Below, one piece after another: positions 8,959-16,644 of a stretch of 41,695 bases of DNA (its first letter is position 1; the number at the start of each line of letters is the position of its first letter). The DNA is from a virus, in IMG/VR virus record IMGVR_UViG_3300045988_111105, positions 1 to 41,695 of that record. One strand, written 5' to 3'. A program made the translations under genes and the position numbers. Under the pieces are notes generated by a model. That model was not told the DNA's origin. It saw only the letters and a program-made list of their open reading frames with translations, and searched no databases.

Positions 8959-11514
8959 ATGTCTAATATAACTAATTTAAATAGAGATTACTTAATAAAA
9001 ATCAATGTAAAAGAAGCAACAATAGATGTACCTAAAATGACATTTTGGAATACAGATAAAAAGACTTCTAATATGTTTGTGCAACTTGTTATAAATATGA
9101 GTACAAATGAATTAATAAGTAATTATGTAACTGTACAAAATGCAACTGATTATAAAATTACACTAAATGTAATAAAGCCTAAAACAAATCAATATAAAAC
9201 AATTGAAGCAACTCTATTAAACGAAGAAAAAGCATTATTTGAAATAGATTTACCAGATGAATTTACTGATCAAGTTGGTAATTACAACTTTGAGTTTGAA
9301 GTATCTAGTAAAGTAGATAGTAATGATGAAAGTATAACTACTTCAAGTTCAAGTTACACAGTAAATGGAAGTATATTAACTAATTTAAACGAAGAAACAT
9401 CATCAAGTCCAGATTTACCAATTTTAAAACAGTTAATAGAACAAGTAAAATCTTTACAAGGTGGAGATTTAACAGGTTATCAAAAGAAAAGTGATAATTC
9501 ATTAGAAACAACTAGCAAGGAAGTAGTGGGAGCTATCAACGAAGTTAATTCGCAATTTAAAGAGATTGCGAAACAAATTGAACAAGGTGGGACAGGTGGA
9601 AATATTAATATGTCAGGTTTTACAGCGTATACATTATTTGAATCACCTACGATTGCAGATACATGGGCGTGTAAGAAAGGACCACGAATTTTAGAAATGA
9701 CATCAGATGAGTTTTTATCCACTTTTTATGATGCATATATTGGAACTAATTCTGATGGGTATACTGTTACAAAAACTGCATTAGGTAAAGATGAAACTCA
9801 AACTTATACAATTCACGAATATGACTTTAAGCCAAAAAATTGGAACAGAATGATATTACTATCTGGAGGTATGCATCCATATGAATTGTCAGCTTGTTTT
9901 GGCTTAGCTCACTTTATGAAATTTTTAATGAATAACCATGATTCTCATGAAGGTTTAAAATATATATATGAAAATGTAAGAATAAAAGTAGTTCCTATAA
10001 TAAATGTATGGGGGTGGAATCAAAATCCTAAAACATATGGAAATGTTAATGGCGTAAATATTAATAGAAATTTTGATGCTAATGGAAATTGGGATAAATT
10101 ACCTGTGGTAACACCTAGTCAAAACGAATGGAATGTAAAAGGGGATGCACCATTTTCAGAAAATGAGACAAAAGTTATGAATAACTGGTTATCAAATAAT
10201 ACTGGTGCTGAATTTTATATTGATACACATACTGGTTTAAATGCTTTTGGTAATGCAGATAATTGTTTATATTATCTTCCAAACAGTACTTTAAAAAACA
10301 AAATCGAAACAGCTTTAGGAAAGCTTAATAATTGGATAAAAGATAAATATGGAACATTAGGAACAAGTAATAGTGACAAAATGTGGACGGGAACACCGAA
10401 TTGCATTACTGATTATGCTGAAACATCTGCACTAGAAATACCAGCTTTCACAATAGAACAAAATCCTGAAAATAGAAAATGGGGTACATCGACTAATAAT
10501 GAAGGTTCTGATATAATGCATTATGTAACAACAATATCAACTTATATTATGGAACTTTTACTGAAAGAAACTGAAAATATAAATTTAAAGAATCTGATAA
10601 TAAAGTTAAAACAACAAGAAATTGAAGCTAATAAAAAATTGGAAAATGAAAAAGAACTAGAAACCAATAATTCTTATTATAGTATAACTAATAAATTAAC
10701 TAATTGTATAACAAATAATAATTCAACTTCTATAATGAAGGAATCACCATATAATGCTATAATAACACCAGATGACGGTTATATACTAAATAGTATAACT
10801 GTAACGATGGGTGGAACTGATATAACAAGTACAGTAGTTAATGAAAATTCTATAAACATTGCGAAGGTTACAGGAAATATAATTATTACTGCTATTGCAA
10901 GATTAAAAAGCAAAGATAATAAAAATATATTTAATGTAGATTTAACTACTGTAAGGAATGGCGATACAAGTATTATAGATACTACTAATAACAAAACATT
11001 AGATATTATAGGGAGTGATTGGACTAAAAATGATGATGGTGGTCTTGTTTTTGGGACAAATAGCTATATAAAATATAATGATGGATTATATGACAAGCAC
11101 AAAGAATTTACATTAGTATTAGATATGTTATTAGATAGTACAGTTAATAATAATGTAACTAGATATATTGTATATTATGGAGATTTTAATAGTTCTAACG
11201 ATGGGTTTGTAATAAAATTACATGGCAAGTTCCTTCAATTACAAGATTTTAGTAATTCGTTAATTAATATACAGTGGGATAAAACTAATATAGATAGCAG
11301 ACAAAAATATATAATAACATCAAGTGATGGAAATATTGTATTAAGAACAAAAAATGATATCCTTGCTACAGGAACTATAGATTTGAAAGTGCCAAGTTTA
11401 CTTCAAACAACATTCGGAAATATAGACCAATTTAATAGAAATACAAATACTAAATTCTATGGAATAAGTCTATATAATTATGCATTAAGTAATGAAGAAA
11501 TTCAATCATTATAA
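8959..11514 (+). CDS. Tail fibre / receptor-binding protein with an M14 carboxypeptidase-like domain, an Ig-like repeat and a C-terminal LamG-like domain
   Basis: RBS aaggagg precedes the start. It carries the tail-fibre motif SKEVVGAINEVNSQFKEI. M14-like zinc signature: GGMHPYE, NINRNF, YIDTHTG (about 9700-10560). The C-terminus (...FYGISLYNYALSNEEIQSL) is typical of LamG/concanavalin-like phage domains. Confidence 0.6.
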   Translation: MSNITNLNRDYLIKINVKEATIDVPKMTFWNTDKKTSNMFVQLVINMSTNELISNYVTVQNATDYKITLNVIKPKTNQYKTIEATLLNEEKALFEIDLPDEFTDQVGNYNFEFEVSSKVDSNDESITTSSSSYTVNGSILTNLNEETSSSPDLPILKQLIEQVKSLQGGDLTGYQKKSDNSLETTSKEVVGAINEVNSQFKEIAKQIEQGGTGGNINMSGFTAYTLFESPTIADTWACKKGPRILEMTSDEFLSTFYDAYIGTNSDGYTVTKTALGKDETQTYTIHEYDFKPKNWNRMILLSGGMHPYELSACFGLAHFMKFLMNNHDSHEGLKYIYENVRIKVVPIINVWGWNQNPKTYGNVNGVNINRNFDANGNWDKLPVVTPSQNEWNVKGDAPFSENETKVMNNWLSNNTGAEFYIDTHTGLNAFGNADNCLYYLPNSTLKNKIETALGKLNNWIKDKYGTLGTSNSDKMWTGTPNCITDYAETSALEIPAFTIEQNPENRKWGTSTNNEGSDIMHYVTTISTYIMELLLKETENINLKNLIIKLKQQEIEANKKLENEKELETNNSYYSITNKLTNCITNNNSTSIMKESPYNAIITPDDGYILNSITVTMGGTDITSTVVNENSINIAKVTGNIIITAIARLKSKDNKNIFNVDLTTVRNGDTSIIDTTNNKTLDIIGSDWTKNDDGGLVFGTNSYIKYNDGLYDKHKEFTLVLDMLLDSTVNNNVTRYIVYYGDFNSSNDGFVIKLHGKFLQLQDFSNSLINIQWDKTNIDSRQKYIITSSDGNIVLRTKNDILATGTIDLKVPSLLQTTFGNIDQFNRNTNTKFYGISLYNYALSNEEIQSL

Positions 11515-11515
11515 T

Positions 11516-11544
11516 TTGATATATTATAATTTGTATGATATCCT
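11516..11544 (+). promoter_or_regulatory. Putative sigma-A promoter of the acyltransferase moron
   Basis: TTGATA (11516-21), 17-nt spacer, then TGaTATCCT (extended -10, hexamer 11539-44), just upstream of the RBS aaagggggg. Confidence 0.45.
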
Positions 11545-11568
11545 TTAATTTAAAAGGGGGGTATTATA

Positions 11569-12593
11569 TGGAAATAAATAATAAAATAGCAATTTATGTA
11601 TTAGTATATATTATTTTGCCGATTATATTAATTTTAAGTTGTAAAAAACAAGATAAAAAAGATATATTAAGTAAAGATACAACTGATGCAATAAAAGGAT
11701 TTTTAGTTATTTATGTGGCAATACATCACTATGTACAGAAAATATCTAATCCAGAATTATTAAATCCTTTAAATTATGTTGGATTTTTATGTGTATCATT
11801 TTTCTTTTTAATGTCTGGTTATGGATTAACATTATCATATTATAAACATGGGAATCTTAAAGGATTTTTTAAAAAAAGATTTTTAAGATTATATTTTCCA
11901 TTTGTAGTAGCTAATATTTTAATAGGATTATTAGATAATATAACTATAAAAAGTGGATATTCTATAAAAGATATTTTGATTACATCATTTACTTTAAGAA
12001 CTATTGATGGTAGTGTTATGCTATGGTATATATTTGTTCAAATATTAATGTATATATTCTTTTATATTGCATTTACAATTTTAAGAAATAAAAATAGTAA
12101 AATCCTATGCATTATACTTTCAACACTAGCTTATATGTTTGTAGCTAAGCATTTAGGTCAAGGAGAATGGAGATATAATACTTGTTTATGTTTTTCAGTT
12201 GGAGTTATAATTGCTACTTATAAAGATAAATTAAAAGATATATTTGAAAAATATAGTATAGGAATAATAGGGATATTACTTACTGTATTTTTAGTATCTT
12301 GGTATTTGATTATAAAGGGAATATATAGTTATTGTATTACTTTTATATGTGCGGTAATATTTGCATTGCTATTAGTAGCAATTACATATAAAGTCAATTT
12401 CAAATCAAAAATATATAATTATATAGGTAAAATATCATATGAATTTTATATAATTCAGTTGCCAGTGATAGAAATGATTATTAATGTGATAGGAAATAAT
12501 GTTTTAGGAATATACTTAATTTTATTATCAACTGTAGTTATTTCCATAATAACTAATAAAATAGCAAACTATATAAATAGTAAGATAGACTAG
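11569..12593 (+). CDS. Acyltransferase family 3 integral membrane protein (O-acyl/acetyltransferase); lysogenic-conversion candidate
   Basis: About 10 hydrophobic segments. The N-terminal motif ...DAIKGFLVIYVAIHH... is typical of the acyltransferase_3 family. I prefer the ATG at 11569 (RBS aaggggggtattatATG) over the track start at 11535. Confidence 0.7.
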
Positions 12594-12614
12594 ATTAATT
12601 TCTAGTCTTTTTTA
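12587..12614 (+). terminator. Rho-independent terminator of the acyltransferase gene
   Basis: agactag-attaattt-ctagtct hairpin overlapping the stop codon, followed by tttttt. Confidence 0.7.
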
Positions 12615-12622
12615 ATACAGTT

Positions 12623-12660
12623 GTTAATTCGCAATTTAAAAATATTGCGTACCAATTTAC
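12623..12660 (+). pseudogene. Relic fragment of a tail-fibre gene (recombination scar)
   Basis: 31/36 nt are identical to 9544-9579 inside the 8959..11514 gene, including an exact 18-mer (gttaattcgcaatttaaa). It translates as VNSQFKNIAYQFTK* versus VNSQFKEIAKQIEQ. Confidence 0.7.
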
Positions 12661-12700
12661 CAAGTAAATACCAAGTAAAAATGGTATTTAAATCATTTTA

Positions 12701-12719
12701 TAGTATAATAACTGTAAGG
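12701..12719 (+). promoter_or_regulatory. TATAAT followed by the conserved 12-mer ATAACTGTAAGG (copy 1), upstream of the XhlA/holin genes
   Basis: tagTATAATAACTGTAAGG. The same 12-mer recurs at 13368-13379, also directly after a TATAAG box. Confidence 0.4.
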
Positions 12720-12801
12720 GGGTGAAAAAGATGTAAAATGTGAGAATGCAAGAAATAAAAAACAACTATATATAATTAAAAACCTAAATCTATTTTAAAA
12801 A

Positions 12802-12828
12802 GGGCTGTAGCGGTACAGTCCTTTTATT
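12802..12828 (+). terminator. Intrinsic terminator within the leader of the lysis cassette
   Basis: gggctgta-gcgg-tacagtcc (8 bp including one G.U) followed by ttttatt. It ends about 10 nt before the XhlA RBS. Confidence 0.6.
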
Positions 12829-12848
12829 ATGCAAGAAAAGAGGTATAA

Positions 12849-13082
12849 ATGAGCGAAGAATTATTAGAACATAAAGTAAAAATTCATGAACAGAGAATTA
12901 ATAATCATTCAGAGAGAATAGACAAATTAGAAAACAGACAGGCAGAAATGACAGTAAAATTAGATAATTTATGCAGCACTATAGATAAACTCGCAAGCAA
13001 CTTAAATAAACTAACTTATGCAATTATAACGGCACTAGTTAGTTTTTTCTTTTATGCAATACAAAATAATCTATTCAAATAG
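12849..13082 (+). CDS. XhlA-like lysis-associated membrane protein
   Basis: 77 aa with an N-terminal coiled coil (HEQRINNHSERIDKLENRQAEM) and a single C-terminal TM (LTYAIITALVSFFFYAI). It lies directly upstream of the holin, as in PBSX-type lysis cassettes. Confidence 0.6.
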   Translation: MSEELLEHKVKIHEQRINNHSERIDKLENRQAEMTVKLDNLCSTIDKLASNLNKLTYAIITALVSFFFYAIQNNLFK

Positions 13083-13091
13083 GAGGTAAAT

Positions 13092-13349
13092 ATGTTTGAT
13101 TTAAATTTATTAGGTAGCTATTTAGTTTTAGTAGTAGTAGGTATTTGTGTATGTGTAGGATATGTTATAAAAACAAGTTTTAGTTTTATAGATAATAAAT
13201 ACATACCTTGCATAATGGCACTTTTAGGATGTGCTTTAAACATATGGATAGCTGGATATGTTAGTCCAGAAGTTATATTAGGTGGCTTATTTAGTGGATT
13301 AGCCTCTACGGGCTTACACCAAGCTTTTAAGAACTTGATAGAAAAATAA
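13092..13349 (+). CDS. Holin
   Basis: 85 aa with three hydrophobic segments and a charged C-terminus (QAFKNLIEK). RBS aggagg precedes the start. It lies between the XhlA-like gene and the endolysin. Confidence 0.7.
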   Translation: MFDLNLLGSYLVLVVVGICVCVGYVIKTSFSFIDNKYIPCIMALLGCALNIWIAGYVSPEVILGGLFSGLASTGLHQAFKNLIEK

Positions 13350-13361
13350 GTATAAATACTT

Positions 13362-13379
13362 TATAAGATAACTGTAAGG
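13362..13379 (+). promoter_or_regulatory. TATAAG followed by the conserved 12-mer ATAACTGTAAGG (copy 2), upstream of the endolysin
   Basis: ttTATAAGATAACTGTAAGG. The 12-mer at 13368-13379 is identical to 12708-12719. Confidence 0.4.
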
Positions 13380-13430
13380 TGCTTAGGAAGTAGATAAGAA
13401 GGTCGATTTTTTAAGTACCTTTTATTTTTA
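13376..13430 (+). terminator. Terminator-like hairpin with T-tract between holin and endolysin
   Basis: aaggtgctta (13376-85) pairs with taagtacctt (13412-21). An alternative short stem is aaggt (13399-403) with acctt (13417-21). Both are followed by tttattttt. Confidence 0.4.
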
Positions 13431-13446
13431 GAAAGGATTTGATAAT

Positions 13447-14262
13447 ATGACAATAAGTAAACCAAAAATAACAGAAAAATGGCAAAAGAAAAATAAATAT
13501 GGTAGACCTGGAACTCCATTAGATTATACAAAAGTCGCAATACACTATACAGGTGAAGCGGATGTTAAAGGTTCCGCTACAGTAAATTATTTTAATAACG
13601 TTGTTGCAAATGGTTGTATAGTTAATGGAAAGTATGTTTATGCATCAGCACATTTTGTTATTGATCTAGATGGAACAATATATCAATTAATACCTATAGA
13701 TGAACGTTGTTATTGTACTAATAGTGCCAATGCCTACGCTATTGGTGTTGAAGTCGCAACAACAGGCAAAGATAACCATTATACAGATGCTACATATAAA
13801 GCAATGGTTCATTTGTGTGCATGGTTATGTGATAGAAAGGGACTAAATCCTAAAAAAGATATAATCAGACATACAGATGTAGTTGGCAGAGCTTATAAAT
13901 TATGCCCAATATATATGGTGCTTAATCCAAAGAAATATGAACAATTTAGATTAGATTGTTATAATTTAAAAGCTGGCAAAATAAAAGTATCAGATATAAT
14001 TAACTGTACAAATGGGAAAGGAAAAGTAACAGTTGTGCCTACTGCTGATACCGCTAAAACTAAATGTGTTAGAATTTTAAAAGATGTAAACATACATAAC
14101 AAAGCTGATTTTGAAAAAGAAAGTGTAGTAGGCAAAGTTACAGCTGGTGGAGCTTATACTGTAGTAGAAACAATCAAACGTAGTGGAACAGATATGTATA
14201 AGCTAAAATCAGGAGTGTATATAACAGCAAGCCCTAAATATGTAGAAGTTTTTGAAAAATAA
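13447..14262 (+). CDS. Endolysin: N-acetylmuramoyl-L-alanine amidase (Amidase_2/PGRP fold) with a C-terminal SH3b-like wall-binding domain
   Basis: Motifs VAIHYTGE, HFVIDLDGTIYQ, YAIGVEV and IIRHTDV..KLCP. The C-terminal YKLKSGVYITASPKYV is SH3-like. Confidence 0.85.
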   Translation: MTISKPKITEKWQKKNKYGRPGTPLDYTKVAIHYTGEADVKGSATVNYFNNVVANGCIVNGKYVYASAHFVIDLDGTIYQLIPIDERCYCTNSANAYAIGVEVATTGKDNHYTDATYKAMVHLCAWLCDRKGLNPKKDIIRHTDVVGRAYKLCPIYMVLNPKKYEQFRLDCYNLKAGKIKVSDIINCTNGKGKVTVVPTADTAKTKCVRILKDVNIHNKADFEKESVVGKVTAGGAYTVVETIKRSGTDMYKLKSGVYITASPKYVEVFEK

Positions 14263-14270
14263 TTATCGGA

Positions 14271-14300
14271 CGCGACCGATAGCGACCGATAGCGACCGAT
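14271..14300. repeat. Three tandem copies of a GC-rich 10-mer (c/aGCGACCGAT)
   Basis: cgcgaccgat agcgaccgat agcgaccgat, directly after the endolysin stop and preceded by the inverted tatcgg. This is a clear GC island in AT-rich DNA. Confidence 0.9.
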
Positions 14301-14367
14301 AACATTTAGATAATATGTATAAATATTCCAGATGCAGTCAATACTCCTCGTAAAGGAGGTAATGACT

Positions 14368-14451
14368 ATGAAAAAATTAATGCTGGAAATAACAGGGCGT
14401 ATTGCATATCTAGGAATTGGAGTAGCAAGTGCTATATTAATAATGATGTAG
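14368..14451 (+). CDS. 27-aa hydrophobic peptide (MKKLMLEITGRIAYLGIGVASAILIMM)
   Basis: Strong RBS aaggaggtaatgactATG, a single predicted TM helix, and a hairpin 10 nt downstream. It is not in the ORF track because it is too short. Confidence 0.45.
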   Translation: MKKLMLEITGRIAYLGIGVASAILIMM

Positions 14452-14461
14452 TATAATAAAT

Positions 14462-14490
14462 AAGGCTGGAGAAATGAATTCTCTAGCCTT
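14462..14490 (+). terminator. Hairpin after the 27-aa ORF (weak T-tract)
   Basis: aaggctggaga-aatgaat-tctctagcctt: an 11-bp stem with one G.U. It is followed by taatgtgtt. Confidence 0.4.
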
Positions 14491-14523
14491 TAATGTGTTA
14501 TAATAAAATGTGGATAAGTTGAT

Positions 14524-14757
14524 TTTACTGACGTTTTAACTGACATTTTAATTTAAAATTTTGCTAAAACGTTGATATTACTAATACTACAAGTTTAATA
14601 TAATATAGTTACAAGATATATTAAATATGATTTATTAGTGTTTAAATCGGTTTATAATGTTTAAATATCAGCGTTTTTGATTTATTTATTTTTAAATAAC
14701 TTACTGACAATTTACTGACCAGTTGAATTTTACTGATAAAACTGACAATTTACTGAC
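14524..14757. other. Candidate attP region with at least 7 direct copies of (T)TACTGA(C/T) (integrase arm-type sites)
   Basis: Copies lie at about 14526, 14537, 14701, 14712, 14730, 14739 and 14750, flanking a roughly 150-bp AT-rich stretch directly downstream of the integrase gene. Confidence 0.55.
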
Positions 14758-15877
14758 TTAATATATTGTCAATTTTATCAACTGCTATCTTATCATTTTC
14801 TTTAAAAGCGTGCGCGTAGATTTTTAATGTAATAGATATGTCGGAATGCCCCACGCGTTCTGATATTGTTTTTACATCTACGCCAGATGCGACTAACATA
14901 GAAACATGAGAATGTCTTAATGCATGTAGCTTTTTAAATTCAAGTCCGATTCTTTTAATAAATCGTTTAAAAGTGATATCTAGATTATATGGATTATAAT
15001 AATTGTTATTGCTATTTATACATACTGTGTCATATTCTTTTTCTTTCATTAAACCTTGTAACTTTAATTTATTTTGTCTTAATTTCTCTTTTTTTAACAT
15101 ATCAAAAACATGATCTGGTAGAGTGATGCTTCTTATTGATGATTCACTCTTTGGTTGCTTCATGATATATTTGCCTTCTATGTATTGTAAATTGTATTGA
15201 ATTTTTATAGTTTTATTTTCGAAGTCTACACAATCCCATGTTAAACCTAAAACCTCGCCACGTCTTAGACCTCCATAGATTAAAAGCTTTATAGTATTTT
15301 GAAAATATATACTTTCGCTTTCTAAAGCGTTTAGTATCTGTTTTATTTCTTCTATTGAATATATTTCCTCTTCGTGTGTTTTATTGTTCTTCGGAAGGAT
15401 AATAAAATCAGTAATCCTTTTATTTATCTCTTGTAATCTGTATGCTTCATTTAGCACAGCATTGCATAATTGCATTATTTTTCGTTTTGAACGATAAGCT
15501 AAATCTTTTTGAAACACATAATTAACAAATGTTTGATATTTATTTACAGTTATGTCACTTAATTTCATGTTTCCCCAATAAGGTTCGACATGTTTTTTTA
15601 CGATACTTTTTGCACAAGCAATAGTATTTTCGGATATTCCTAACTTACTATCATAATATTGATAACAACGATTTGTAAAAGAAATGTTACTCGGCAAAGC
15701 ATAAATATCATTATTTATACTATTTTTTACCTCTATTAATTTTTTATCAGCATCTTTTTTATTTGCGTATGATCCTTGACTCTTTTGTTTCTTTTTACCA
15801 ACTTCATCTATATATTCTACATATACATAATATTTGTCATTTCTTTTTCTTATAAAACTACTTAAGATTTTTTTCAT
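14750..15877 (-). CDS. int: Tyrosine-recombinase integrase
   Basis: 375 aa. Catalytic signature: GGLRRGEVLGL (Arg), HALRHSH (His-x-x-Arg), GHSDISITLKIYAH (Tyr). RBS aggagggttaccaATG. Confidence 0.9.
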   Translation of the reverse strand: MKKILSSFIRKRNDKYYVYVEYIDEVGKKKQKSQGSYANKKDADKKLIEVKNSINNDIYALPSNISFTNRCYQYYDSKLGISENTIACAKSIVKKHVEPYWGNMKLSDITVNKYQTFVNYVFQKDLAYRSKRKIMQLCNAVLNEAYRLQEINKRITDFIILPKNNKTHEEEIYSIEEIKQILNALESESIYFQNTIKLLIYGGLRRGEVLGLTWDCVDFENKTIKIQYNLQYIEGKYIMKQPKSESSIRSITLPDHVFDMLKKEKLRQNKLKLQGLMKEKEYDTVCINSNNNYYNPYNLDITFKRFIKRIGLEFKKLHALRHSHVSMLVASGVDVKTISERVGHSDISITLKIYAHAFKENDKIAVDKIDNILSQ

Positions 15878-15890
15878 TGGTAACCCTCCT

Positions 15891-15920
15891 AAAAAAAAGA
15901 GCAGCTGGTAAAACTGCCCT
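15891..15920 (-). terminator. Rho-independent terminator (minus strand) between the lipoprotein gene and int
   Basis: Minus strand reads agggcag-ttttaccag-ctgctct followed by tttttttt. It lies only about 14 nt upstream of the int RBS. Confidence 0.55.
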
Positions 15921-15941
15921 GATGTTTATATTTATTATTTA

Positions 15942-16370
15942 TTATTTTTTTAAACTCTGATGTATATATACATCATCTGCATATGTATTTACTATTTCAT
16001 TAGCAACTATATTTCCATTTTTTATTCCTTGTATAGTTTTACTATTCAATGTAAATGATACAACTTTTTCTTCTTTGCCATTATCCATATCTGCAACAGC
16101 CCAGTAATCTATTTTATCAAATTTATCACAGCCTTGATTTTTTATAAGATCTTCTACGTTATAACCATTTTGGTCAATAGTTAATTTATTAGTAGTAGAA
16201 GGTTTAATTTTAACTTTTATCACTAAACCGTTATCGTCTGTTTCATTTGATTCTAGATACTCACCATGTAAAATAGTATATTCTCCCTTATCATTAGAGC
16301 CACTGCTGGAGCAACCTGATACTCCAATACACATAATAATACATAGCATTATACTTAATATTTTCTTCAT
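15942..16370 (-). CDS. Prophage lipoprotein (candidate superinfection-exclusion protein)
   Basis: Signal peptide plus lipobox MKKILSIMLCIIMCIGVSG|CSS. RBS ggagagtggagagttATG. The track's 160-aa version adds an unlikely N-terminal extension that overlaps the small upstream ORF. Confidence 0.7.
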   Translation of the reverse strand: MKKILSIMLCIIMCIGVSGCSSSGSNDKGEYTILHGEYLESNETDDNGLVIKVKIKPSTTNKLTIDQNGYNVEDLIKNQGCDKFDKIDYWAVADMDNGKEEKVVSFTLNSKTIQGIKNGNIVANEIVNTYADDVYIHQSLKK

Positions 16371-16389
16371 AACTCTCCACTCTCCTTTT

Positions 16390-16512
16390 TTATTTTGCAT
16401 TAAAACCAGCATTAAAGCCAGCATTAAAACCAGCTTTAAAACTAGGCATACCAGCTATAATTATCACTAGAACTACTATAACTATTAATGCAATAATTGC
16501 TTTCTTTTTCAC
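16390..16512 (-). CDS. 40-aa membrane protein with a C-terminal (AGFN)x3 repeat
   Basis: GTG start 6 nt after AGGAGG. Sequence is VKKKAIIALIVIVVLVIIIAGMPSFKAGFNAGFNAGFNAK, encoded partly by a 12-bp tandem repeat (gctggytttaat). It lies 19 nt upstream of the lipoprotein gene. Confidence 0.5.
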   Translation of the reverse strand: MKKKAIIALIVIVVLVIIIAGMPSFKAGFNAGFNAGFNAK

Positions 16513-16644
16513 GATATCCCTCCTATATATTATTTTTCTTAAATTGTAGCATATATTAACATATTTTACCTTTATTTGCAGAAATTTATATAAAATATTC
16601 CAAATACTTTTTGATTGGTGTATAATATAGTATAAGAAAAAATG

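Noticed and set aside
14271-14300. A CRISPR-like array, also considered for the 10-bp repeats at 23281-23310.
   Set aside because: The units are only 10 bp long, directly tandem with no spacers, and limited to three copies. No cas genes are present.
15942-16424. The 160-aa version of the lipoprotein ORF starting at 16424.
   Set aside because: The extension (MLALMLVLMQNKKGEWRV) has no RBS and overlaps, in another frame, a well-initiated 40-aa ORF. The internal ATG at 16370 has an RBS and yields a textbook lipoprotein signal peptide.
16390-16445. The 12-bp tandem repeat (ccagcattaaaa/g) as a noncoding regulatory repeat.
   Set aside because: On the minus strand it is in frame within the 40-aa ORF and encodes (AGFN)x3. 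It is better explained as a coding repeat.
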